Source: Candidatus Asgardarchaeum abyssi (GTDB taxonomy: Archaea; Asgardarchaeota; Asgardarchaeia; Asgardarchaeales; Asgardarchaeaceae). From it: a stretch of 44,509 nt of DNA. Made by a program: the position numbers and the translations under genes. Below, in pieces: positions 9,309-18,026 of this stretch. The notes under the pieces are model-generated. The model had not been told where the DNA came from. It searched no databases and was given only the letters and a program-made list of their open reading frames with translations. The DNA lies in the NCBI GenBank assembly GCA_040225955.1, contig JBECUL010000014.1, positions 1 to 44,509 of the forward strand, read 5' to 3'. Positions within the stretch are counted from its first letter, which is position 1; every line of letters starts with the position of its first letter.

Positions 9309-10847
9309 ATGCCTATAGTAGGAGCCTATTGTGTTACAATGGATAGAGAACGTTGTATTAGTTGGAACATGCCTGGGAAATGTTCAACTTGTGTAGAGGT
9401 GTGTCCAAATTCTGTTTTTTCAACAGATGATATGGGTAGAGTCTATGTACTTAATGACTTGGCGTGCGTTGGTTGTAGAATTTGTATTGCAAATTGTCCT
9501 AACAATGTGATCCATATTCGACCAGCTGAATCTGAACGTTTCTCAAGAGGATTGTGGACATTTCAAGCAATTGAAGAAGTTCATTATAAAGCTGAAACTG
9601 GAAAATATTTACTCAGAGGATTTGGAACAATGGGATTAATGCCACATTTCGATGATTTAGTCATTGTACCAGCTCAACTTTATCCACCTGCCCCCAAAGA
9701 CAAATATAGAGAAGAGTGTAGAATGGATGTTGTAATTGGCGAAGGAAGAGTGAAAAAGCCTTTAAAGCTTAAAATACCCATTATGTTTGCTGCTATGTCA
9801 TATGGAGCTATTTCGAGGGAAGCTAAGATAGCTTTATCTATAGCAGCTGCCAAAATGGGAATTGCCACGTGTACAGGTGAAGGAGGTTCTTTTCCTGAGG
9901 AATATTATCTCGTACATGGCTATAAGAATGAAGAGGATTTCAAACGTGGTAAAAAAACATACAAACCTGGTGGACAGTTGATAGTTCAATGGGCTAGTGG
10001 CAGATGGGGGGTTTCTATCGATTACCTTAACAGATCAGACGCTATTGAAATTAAAATAGGACAAGGAGCAAAACCTGGCATGGGCGGTCATCTACTTGGA
10101 GAAAAGGTTACAGAGGAAATAGCTAAGATCCGTGGTATACCAGTTGGTACAGATTGCCTCTCACCATGCCGACACTATGATATTTACAATGTTAAAGAAG
10201 ATTTTAAAAAACAAATCGAGCTTCTTCGGGATGTAACAGGTTACGAAAAGCCAATTATTGTAAAACTAGGTCCTGGAAGGGTATATAAAGATGTTAAACT
10301 TGCTGCTGAAGCAGGTGCTGACGCAATTGCCATAGATGGGACACAAGGTGGAACGGGGGCTGCGCCAGAAATGGCTATTCAAACTGCTGGAATTCCAACA
10401 ATAGGATGTATTCCGCTTGCTGTTAAAGCGCTCGAAGATTTAGGTTTACGTGATGAAGTGAAAATTATTGCAATGGGCGGAATCCGTAATGGGGCAGATG
10501 CGGTAAAAGCTTTAGCGCTAGGCGCTGATTGTGTAGCGATAGCTTCTGCAGCCTTGATTGCAATGGGATGTCGTGTATGTACACAATGTCTCAGAGGAAA
10601 ATGTCCATATGGTATAACATCTCAAGATCCAGAACTCCGAAAGAGGCTTCAACCAGAAAAAGCTGCCGAGCGACTAGTTAACTTCTTAAAAGCTATGGCT
10701 GAGGAGATTAAGATGCTTACGATGCTTTCAGGTCACGATGATATTCATCAATTATCAAAGGAGGATCTACGAGCTTTAGATGTCAATGCTGCAGCCATAA
10801 CTGGTGTAAAGCTTGTGGGCTTAGAAAAATATATCCTCGAAAAATAG
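9309..10847 (+). CDS. gltB2: Archaeal glutamate synthase FMN-binding subunit (GltB2) with N-terminal 2x[4Fe-4S] ferredoxin
   Basis: AMSYGAIS, TGEGG, QWASGRWG, IEIKIGQGAKPGMGGHL, DGTQGGTGAAP, GGIRNGADAVKALALGAD and CRVCTQCLRGKCPYGI. Confidence 0.92.
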   Translation: MPIVGAYCVTMDRERCISWNMPGKCSTCVEVCPNSVFSTDDMGRVYVLNDLACVGCRICIANCPNNVIHIRPAESERFSRGLWTFQAIEEVHYKAETGKYLLRGFGTMGLMPHFDDLVIVPAQLYPPAPKDKYREECRMDVVIGEGRVKKPLKLKIPIMFAAMSYGAISREAKIALSIAAAKMGIATCTGEGGSFPEEYYLVHGYKNEEDFKRGKKTYKPGGQLIVQWASGRWGVSIDYLNRSDAIEIKIGQGAKPGMGGHLLGEKVTEEIAKIRGIPVGTDCLSPCRHYDIYNVKEDFKKQIELLRDVTGYEKPIIVKLGPGRVYKDVKLAAEAGADAIAIDGTQGGTGAAPEMAIQTAGIPTIGCIPLAVKALEDLGLRDEVKIIAMGGIRNGADAVKALALGADCVAIASAALIAMGCRVCTQCLRGKCPYGITSQDPELRKRLQPEKAAERLVNFLKAMAEEIKMLTMLSGHDDIHQLSKEDLRALDVNAAAITGVKLVGLEKYILEK

Positions 10848-11415
10848 AAATAAAAATCACTTAGATAACGTCGCAAGTGATTGTCTGATTTCTCACGCTA
10901 GGTATCATTACTAAAACACAATAACACGAAGCTTCTGTCTTATTATTTAATTATTACAATTATTATTCTAAATCTTTTTAGAGTTAAGTGGAACACAACT
11001 AACGCGTACTTCATCAAATTGATTTTCTTGTAAGATCTTTCCTTAATACACTGTCTACATAGGTTTATTAATCTATTTTTGATCTAAATATTTAATTAAC
11101 TCACTAATCACTAAATTATACATGAGAACATCTGTTTTCCCTTTTGTCAAGGGATGTTCAATTTGTTTCGGAAGATAGGATATCTTCAAGGGTATAATCT
11201 ATATAGATTAACGTAGGGAATGCATTATTTCAACTTATGATTCAAGAAACATACGATCTATTTAGTTTTAGCTTCAAAAATGTTTAGAATATGCAAACAA
11301 GATGACAATAACCTTAAATTAGAGAACCGCTAACAGAAGACTGTATATAAATTTTTTATGCTCAATTTGAACCCGTAAAAAATAGTTTAACGAATATTAA
11401 AAATCTTCATTTGAA

Positions 11416-11560
11416 CAGTACTTCCACATTATTTTCGAAATGAATACGCTCCTAGACGCCAAGATTCGCCTCGGTCACCATGAAATTTCAAAATCCTCCA
11501 ATAAAAAATATTCCGCGCACATCCCAAAAAATCATGTGAAAGCATTATGCATAAAATATT
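11416..11560 (-). mobile_element. Degenerate right end of the same IS family, inverted relative to 210-357
   Basis: CAGTACTTCCACATTATTTTCGAAATG…CATGTGAAAGCAT is the reverse complement of 210-357 with scattered substitutions. No partner end follows. Confidence 0.85.
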
Positions 11561-11675
11561 TTTTACATACGCTCAACCTACCATAGAATACCTAATTTTC
11601 AAACGGAGATAATAAATTATATACCACTGATAACTATTTTTTAAAGTGTATATTTCCAATATTTTGGTGGTTTCT

Positions 11676-12842
11676 ATGCTAGATATTACTAAGATTCTAA
11701 AGAGAAAAGACTACTTTGCCTTTATGTTTACAATGGGTGTTTTACTTAACTTGACTTTGCATTTCATTTTAGATAATAATTTACACATGCCAATTTTCTT
11801 AGATAAGGTCGGTGTACTCTTGATGGCATACTCCTTTGGTCCAGTTTCAGCTGTTATAGTTGGTATTGTTACATCATTAATACTGACGTTAACAGATCCA
11901 TTCTACATATTCAGAACCGTAACTTGGGCCGCCATCGGACTTGTGTGGGGACTCGGTTTTTCTTATGCCAAACGAAAGAAAAATGATATTCTTCTTATAA
12001 TAATAGCTTTACTTGGGTCCATAGTTGTATATCTGAGTGACTTGGCTGTCTTTACTACAACTATGTACTTTCCCTTCAAGGAAGATGTATTACCATACAC
12101 ACGGTGGTTTAATTTATTTACAGCGCAAGCTGTAGATGCACTTATCAGTTTTATCTTTGGATTGATAATTCTTCGTGCAGCGGGTATCACAAAGTTTACA
12201 GAGGAAAAGGATTTAGAGCTAAAATTTAAAGCCGTTTTCATAATAATTCTAATGATACTTACTCCCACTCTTATGTATGTTTCGTATACCAATGAAACAG
12301 CGTTAGTTCCTTATTTACCGAAGAAAGAAGGTTGGGTTTTTGTAAATGTACGTATGGACTTTGTGTGGGCGCCGATGGGTGTCAAAGGTTCAAACAACTA
12401 TTACTATCCTGAGGGAAGGTTTAATCGCAGTGATCCAGGATATCAGGTATGGTTTGGCTTATATTGGGTTCAAGGCCGTTTTGGAATATATGATGATAAT
12501 ACTTACGTTCAAGAAGAGATCTTCGCCTTCTCAATATTGGACCAAGATACTTGGCTAAGCTTGCATGGACATAAGACACCTGTTACAAAAGTTCATAATA
12601 TCACAGGAGTTGCGTGGGGTACTTTCAAAGGATATCGCGCACTTTTCATGAATGGTAGCTATGAGTCGCAATCTGATGTTCCTCCATATGAGGATGTTAT
12701 ATTGGTTGGCTTTTTCATAGTGTTTTACATGCCAAAGTATGACCGGACAGTAATTATCTATGCATGCGCGGTTGATCGATATTATCACATAATGGAACCC
12801 ATTCTCTGGGAAATGGTCAACTCGATAGAACTTCCACCATAA
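11676..12842 (+). CDS. Membrane protein: ECF S-component-like N-terminus fused to a ~180-aa soluble C-terminal domain
   Basis: PIFLDKVGVLLMAYSFGP..A.IVG resembles the ECF S-component LFLD..G…GP motif. About 7 hydrophobic helices precede an aromatic-rich hydrophilic domain. GGTGG RBS before ATG 11676 (ORF opens at 11646). Confidence 0.55.
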   Translation: MLDITKILKRKDYFAFMFTMGVLLNLTLHFILDNNLHMPIFLDKVGVLLMAYSFGPVSAVIVGIVTSLILTLTDPFYIFRTVTWAAIGLVWGLGFSYAKRKKNDILLIIIALLGSIVVYLSDLAVFTTTMYFPFKEDVLPYTRWFNLFTAQAVDALISFIFGLIILRAAGITKFTEEKDLELKFKAVFIIILMILTPTLMYVSYTNETALVPYLPKKEGWVFVNVRMDFVWAPMGVKGSNNYYYPEGRFNRSDPGYQVWFGLYWVQGRFGIYDDNTYVQEEIFAFSILDQDTWLSLHGHKTPVTKVHNITGVAWGTFKGYRALFMNGSYESQSDVPPYEDVILVGFFIVFYMPKYDRTVIIYACAVDRYYHIMEPILWEMVNSIELPP

Positions 12843-12844
12843 TC

Positions 12845-13834
12845 TTATTTCCTTATTTTTTCTTCATTTATGGCTATTATAACAAGAATCGCAATTGTAA
12901 GCCCTACCGTAGCAAGATATGGCAAAATATCGATTTCTATTGTTGTTTTTTCTAAAAGAATACGCAATGTGATATTTCCATAACCTCTAATTGCTTTAAT
13001 AAATAGTACTACGCTTGTGTCATTTTTATGTTCATAACCTCTTCTTCCAACGATAAATGATATCTCTACAGTCTCTCCTATTTTCCCCGATGAACTATCA
13101 ATAAGAATATCCTCGTCATTACTATCCAGACTGTATTTTATTCGATCAAGATACGATGTATATTCGTAGAGGGAAACCTCAACTGCAATGTTACTTGTCG
13201 GATCAGCGATTATTGTTACTTTATATTCCTTAATTTCTTTAACATTCATCACAAACCCATAAGTCGAATTGTACACCGGAGCCGTATAGGTCTTATTACT
13301 ACCAACCATATTATTTAATGATAGCTCTACGTTATTTTTGTCCGTAGATAAATCTAATTGTTCAAACACTACTAACGTAGCATAGCTTTGCGATTCTGAC
13401 GTATATGGATTATTTACGATTTCGAAGAAGTAAATATCTGTTTTTTTAGGTGTGAAAGAGTCATGCTCCTCAACTCCAGGATCATTAAGAAGCTCCTTTA
13501 CTTTTGCAAAATTAGAATCCAGCACAATAACATCATAATCTGCATTAGCGTTAACAAACCCACCATAAAGAAAAATTTCATACGTTTTGTTTGCATATAA
13601 GTAATACTTAAAAAAGGTCAAATTTCCAACTGGAAGAGAAACCGTATATGGTAAACCAATCGCAGCCAGTTCTAGCTCCTTTGTCCAATTCAAATTTACT
13701 TTTTTTGATATATCTAATAAGTGGAAAGTTTTTCGAGGCTCGTTATACTTACTTGTTATGCTTGTTACTAGTGAGCTATTATTTAGCGAGGTGATTAGCA
13801 ATAAACATATTATTAGGATAACCTTGTTTTTCAA
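12845..13834 (-). CDS. Secreted, C-terminally anchored surface protein with PPC-like beta-sandwich domains
   Basis: N-terminal signal peptide, YLYANKTYEIFL…ADYDVIVLD…E.DSFTP..T..YFFEI (PPC-like), and a C-terminal TM helix with charged tail. Abuts the ABC permease gene. Confidence 0.6.
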   Translation of the reverse strand: MKNKVILIICLLLITSLNNSSLVTSITSKYNEPRKTFHLLDISKKVNLNWTKELELAAIGLPYTVSLPVGNLTFFKYYLYANKTYEIFLYGGFVNANADYDVIVLDSNFAKVKELLNDPGVEEHDSFTPKKTDIYFFEIVNNPYTSESQSYATLVVFEQLDLSTDKNNVELSLNNMVGSNKTYTAPVYNSTYGFVMNVKEIKEYKVTIIADPTSNIAVEVSLYEYTSYLDRIKYSLDSNDEDILIDSSSGKIGETVEISFIVGRRGYEHKNDTSVVLFIKAIRGYGNITLRILLEKTTIEIDILPYLATVGLTIAILVIIAINEEKIRK

Positions 13835-14668
13835 TTATGGCACCTCCTTTCTTATGAGGGCTATTTCAGCTATGATTAAATCTATAATTGTTGCGGTTAC
13901 AAAGAATGTAAGTGATAATAAGGGGTCTCCTCTGTAAAGGTTGGAATCACTTAAATAGTAAACCTCCTCGATTATTACTCCCATCTGATATGTGAAAGTG
14001 TATCTCGTTGGATCAGAAATGAATGGAATTAACCCTATGAATAATTGTATACCAACTAAGAAAATTATTGCTGCTAATGCCGCATAGAGTGGTTTTTTCA
14101 TCAAAGATGAGATTAAAATTCCTAGTGATGATATGAATATCAATCCAAGCATAATTATGCCCAATCCCCACCAGAAAGAAGAGGATAAAATTGCAATTAG
14201 CTCATCATATCCCTTGTTAAAAATTAATATAAAAGCTGAAGTCCTAATTAGTAGAACAGGAATCATAACAGTTAGCATTAAAATTATAAATGCTATCAAC
14301 TTCCCGAGAATTATATCAATTTTCCTCATTGGTTTAGTAAATAGCAGCTTAAGAGTTTCCTTATCCAGTTCTCCTGCTATAAATTCGCTTGCAATCATAA
14401 TAGCGATTATCTGTCCAGGCAAACCAACCCAATATGATAGTATAATATTGCCAATATCCTTTTCAAAGTAACGTACAAATTCAGTAATCGGTATTTTATT
14501 CAAATTATTAATCGAGGGATAGCTAGCTACAATGACTGGAAAAAGCATTACGAGAAATATTGCTAAAAACTTCTTAGTTGGAATTAACACTGATAATTCC
14601 ATTGCCGCAATGGCAATAATCTTATTTTGGTAAATTTTTTCTAAAATTAAATTTGATATGTGTATCAA
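13835..14668 (-). CDS. ABC-2 type exporter permease
   Basis: IAGELDKETLKLLFTKPMRKIDIILGK motif and 6 TM helices. ORF opens at 14722; TTG 14668 is the likelier start. Confidence 0.88.
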   Translation of the reverse strand: MIHISNLILEKIYQNKIIAIAAMELSVLIPTKKFLAIFLVMLFPVIVASYPSINNLNKIPITEFVRYFEKDIGNIILSYWVGLPGQIIAIMIASEFIAGELDKETLKLLFTKPMRKIDIILGKLIAFIILMLTVMIPVLLIRTSAFILIFNKGYDELIAILSSSFWWGLGIIMLGLIFISSLGILISSLMKKPLYAALAAIIFLVGIQLFIGLIPFISDPTRYTFTYQMGVIIEEVYYLSDSNLYRGDPLLSLTFFVTATIIDLIIAEIALIRKEVP

Positions 14669-14675
14669 CCTATCT

Positions 14676-15653
14676 TTAAAGGATAAATTCTTCGCCAAGG
14701 GTCTTAACCCCCAGTGCATCAATAAAACTCTTCTCCAATGAGCTTCTTAAAGGCCGGAACTCTCTTAGTTCAATATTTAATGTTGTAATTATTTTTGGGA
14801 TATCTTTCCAAAGTCTATCGGCATCATTTAAATCGATGGAGATATAAACAGCATTATCTCTTACATACACATCCTTAACATAGCTGAGAGTCTCTACAGA
14901 ATCCTTTAATTTCTCAGTTTCTGAAGCAACAACCACATAAACTGTATCCTTTACATCTTTAACCAAATCCGAAATTTTCCCTTGAATTACAAGCCTACCA
15001 TTATTTATAATAGCAACATGGTCGCAGATTCTCTCTATTTCAGGCAGAATGTGTGATGAAATGAAAATAGTTACGTTTTTTTCTTTAACTAACTCTTTTA
15101 TCTTGTCCATTATTTCTATTCTGCCAAGAGGATCCAAGTTCGAGGTAGGCTCATCTAAAATAAGCAACTCAGGTTCGTTTATTAATGCTTGAGCAAGCGA
15201 GAGTCTTTGCTTCTGACCAGCAGAAAAATTCTTAATTATCGTAAATGCCAATTTCCCCAGACCAACAAAGTCTAGACATTCCCTAGCTTTTTCTGTAGCG
15301 ACTTTCGGTGAATATCCATATAGTCTTGCCATAAATTTAAGAAAGCTAAATGCTGTTAAGTTTTCATAAGCAATTGGTTTTTCTGGCTGATAACCCACTT
15401 TTTTCATGATTTCTCTATGGAAAAGGGTAGAATCCAGCCCAAACACCCTCGCCTCCCCAAAAGTGGGTCTTAGTAATCCTAAAATTAATTTTATAGTTGT
15501 AGATTTTCCTGCACCATTAGGCCCTAAAAAGCCAAAAATGGTATTTTTAGGGACCTTCAAATTTAAGTTATAAACGACATTCTTAGAACCGAAGAACTTA
15601 GTAAGTTCTATGGTCTCAATTACATAATTCTTCTCGTCACTCAATCCACTCAC
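14676..15653 (-). CDS. ABC exporter ATP-binding protein
   Basis: GPNGAGKST, FSAGQKQR, LLILDEPT and SSH. Confidence 0.95.
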   Translation of the reverse strand: MSGLSDEKNYVIETIELTKFFGSKNVVYNLNLKVPKNTIFGFLGPNGAGKSTTIKLILGLLRPTFGEARVFGLDSTLFHREIMKKVGYQPEKPIAYENLTAFSFLKFMARLYGYSPKVATEKARECLDFVGLGKLAFTIIKNFSAGQKQRLSLAQALINEPELLILDEPTSNLDPLGRIEIMDKIKELVKEKNVTIFISSHILPEIERICDHVAIINNGRLVIQGKISDLVKDVKDTVYVVVASETEKLKDSVETLSYVKDVYVRDNAVYISIDLNDADRLWKDIPKIITTLNIELREFRPLRSSLEKSFIDALGVKTLGEEFIL

Positions 15654-15738
15654 CTTTTAAGATAACCTTATTGTTTTTCCTATAATTACATTACGTTAGG
15701 TGCATAAGAAGAATGAAGCCGTAAAAATATACCTATTT

Positions 15739-16761
15739 TTAAATATTCCAGTTAGTGTCTAAAAAGAAGTTCTCCAAAGTAATGTAGAAGTCATTATCCT
15801 CAAAAAATATTCTAATGAAGCAATAGTTTACCAACTTAATAAACACAGACTTAGATAGATTCTTCTTAAAGACTCTGAGTGGGACTCTTCTTTCTTTTGA
15901 ATTTTTTATTAATAAAATTCTTTCATGGAGAGCTCTTCTTAGATCGTTGCTTAATTCGAGAAAATCATATATGTGCGCAGTTTTGAATACCTTGTATTCT
16001 CTGTTATATATTTTCCTCATGAATAATGGATAGCGAAAGACATCTTGAAATTCACTAGGAATACTTATCTTATATTTCATTTTTGCTTCTCTGAACTCTC
16101 TGTAATTAAAGATACCTAATAACGCTGAGATAGGTCTTAATGTGATAGGGTCTCTCTCAAATTGGTATATATACTTCCTAAGCTCTCCATAGTTTTCAGA
16201 AAATCTTGGATTAAAACAAAAATCGCCTCTTTGAATACTAAGAATAAATGAGACTCCCTTAATGCCTCCGAGTTGTTTTACGACTTGAAATAGCTTTTTA
16301 GTCTCGATTTCGCTAAGGGAATCAATAGAATCAAGAAAAACGTATGTTATGGTGCCTGTATTTTCATATAAATCTAAGATTGTGTCTCTTAAATCTTTAA
16401 GAGTACTTACTTTAAATGCTGATATGAAAGGCTCCCAAAATTTATCTCTAAGTAATAAAAAAAGAACGTTTTTTCCTTTTTGCTCAAGTAGCGTTGATAA
16501 TCTAACTAAGCTCCATGTTTTTCCTGACCCTTTACATCCAACCAAGAGATAAATATTTCTTGGTAATTTTATTTTTTCACTTTCGCTCATTAAGAGAAAT
16601 CTTTCAAATGATTCTTTTACATTTTCTCGTTCAACGAATAATTTTTCAGAAAATAAAGAAGATTCATAAATACCCTTTAACTCTGTTGTCTCTGATTGAA
16701 AAAACCTCCTAAATGATCTGCTTGAGAAAACCATAGTTTCGGTAATCAAGCCAAACACCAT
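15739..16761 (-). CDS. P-loop NTPase (AAA/NACHT/STAND-like), uncharacterised
   Basis: FVERE pre-P-loop motif, Walker A GCKGSGKT, Walker B YVFLDSID, YPLFM (GxP-like position). Confidence 0.65.
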   Translation of the reverse strand: MVFGLITETMVFSSRSFRRFFQSETTELKGIYESSLFSEKLFVERENVKESFERFLLMSESEKIKLPRNIYLLVGCKGSGKTWSLVRLSTLLEQKGKNVLFLLLRDKFWEPFISAFKVSTLKDLRDTILDLYENTGTITYVFLDSIDSLSEIETKKLFQVVKQLGGIKGVSFILSIQRGDFCFNPRFSENYGELRKYIYQFERDPITLRPISALLGIFNYREFREAKMKYKISIPSEFQDVFRYPLFMRKIYNREYKVFKTAHIYDFLELSNDLRRALHERILLIKNSKERRVPLRVFKKNLSKSVFIKLVNYCFIRIFFEDNDFYITLENFFLDTNWNI

Positions 16762-16850
16762 AATTTATAAACAGTATCCTTACTCGCACTACCAATAATA
16801 TCTTTATACGTACACTATATCATCTATTTATAGCTTATAGGATGCATTGA

Positions 16851-17420
16851 TTAATAACTACTATTATCTCCCTGATCGTACATAATGAGGTATTGCTCAT
16901 CTGTTTTTGTGAGGATTTCTTTAATTCTTGTATAAACAATCATAATTTTTTTCTTTTTCTCCTCAATGGATTCTGGAGTAAGTATTTGTTCGTGAAAGCA
17001 GTCTCTATGCAACCGTAGAGCGTCTTCCCATGCATCATAAAAAGGTAAATCCTTGTCTAATCCCTTTTCTTTAAACAGCTTTGAAATTTCTAATGCTGCT
17101 TGTTCAAGAAGTCGCGTATACCAAAATCCAGAATTTTTTACTTTTTCAATAATTTTACTAATTTTTTCATTAGAACTTTGATATAGTTCAGCCAGCTTTT
17201 TAATAATTTCCTCCATTACCTTATAATATTTCTCACATGCCTGAATGTAATTATGTGCTTCAAATAATTTATTAGCATCCTCTATTAAAGCATCAAGAGA
17301 AGACGTTGATAGTCTTGCAAGCTTTTGATTTTGATAAAAAATAGATACAACAGTCGTATCACCAATTTTTCCAAAAGTGCTTACAGAATACATGTTATTT
17401 GTTTTCATCATTAATACCAC
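16851..17420 (-). CDS. PaREP1-family (HEPN-fold) protein
   Basis: QACEKYYK..EEIIK.LA…W….LE.A…AW..A..LHRDCFHE is the PaREP1 signature. Confidence 0.85.
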   Translation of the reverse strand: MVLMMKTNNMYSVSTFGKIGDTTVVSIFYQNQKLARLSTSSLDALIEDANKLFEAHNYIQACEKYYKVMEEIIKKLAELYQSSNEKISKIIEKVKNSGFWYTRLLEQAALEISKLFKEKGLDKDLPFYDAWEDALRLHRDCFHEQILTPESIEEKKKKIMIVYTRIKEILTKTDEQYLIMYDQGDNSSY

Positions 17421-17846
17421 CTATTTAGCTGGTATCCAGGATACCTTATATATCCACATTGCTCGATAAATGGGCTCATCAGTTATTGTTTTGTAGAGAA
17501 GATTTCTTGCTACCATAAGAACTTCGGCTCTGACTTTTACAATAAACTTACCCTTAGATGTAGTAATTAATCCCTCATGAGTTGCCTCCTCTTGTTGTTT
17601 TATTCCTACTAATTCCCAACCATCTTGAGGTTCTATAGGTGGTATCAAGGGTCTATTCTTCACTTGTTGCTTTAGTTTAGATGGCACTTCTTTTGTAGCG
17701 ATACCTCCCATTGGTTTTACTACTATGTTAACACCTCCAAAGGGTGAAAATCCCAATTCACGGATGTCAACGATTTCAATTTTTAGTTTAAGAATTGTGC
17801 CATCATCAAGATGTATTACGCCCTCTCTGGAGTTCAGTATCTCCAT
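17421..17846 (-). CDS. Hypothetical protein (141 aa) coupled to PaREP1
   Basis: AGGTG RBS before ATG 17846 (MEILNSREG…). Its stop abuts the PaREP1 start. Beta-rich, possibly two related halves. Confidence 0.7.
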   Translation of the reverse strand: MEILNSREGVIHLDDGTILKLKIEIVDIRELGFSPFGGVNIVVKPMGGIATKEVPSKLKQQVKNRPLIPPIEPQDGWELVGIKQQEEATHEGLITTSKGKFIVKVRAEVLMVARNLLYKTITDEPIYRAMWIYKVSWIPAK

Positions 17847-18026
17847 AGCTTTACACCTTTTCGTACTCCTAAAAAAAATACAAAAATTAATATTAATAAA
17901 CTTTATTAGTAACTTCAGGAAGGTTAACTTAAAAGAGGATAGCGATAGATCGTACATGTGCGAAATGCATGTGCTAACCTTGTTAGAGAAGAATTTAATG
18001 ATGATGAATTATATATTAGCAAATTA

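Noticed and set aside
2678-10847. Evidence for methanogenesis or selenocysteine recoding
   Set aside because: HdrABC occurs widely outside methanogens, and no mcr/mtr genes are in the window. HdrA/MvhD use Cys codons with no in-frame TGA.
8635-10847. N-methylglutamate synthase (MgsBC) or FwdC assignment
   Set aside because: The FMN subunit has the glutamate-synthase-type EIKIGQGAKPG.GGHL and TGEGG motifs plus an N-terminal ferredoxin. There are no fwdAB or mgsA genes. Not fully excluded without a phylogeny.
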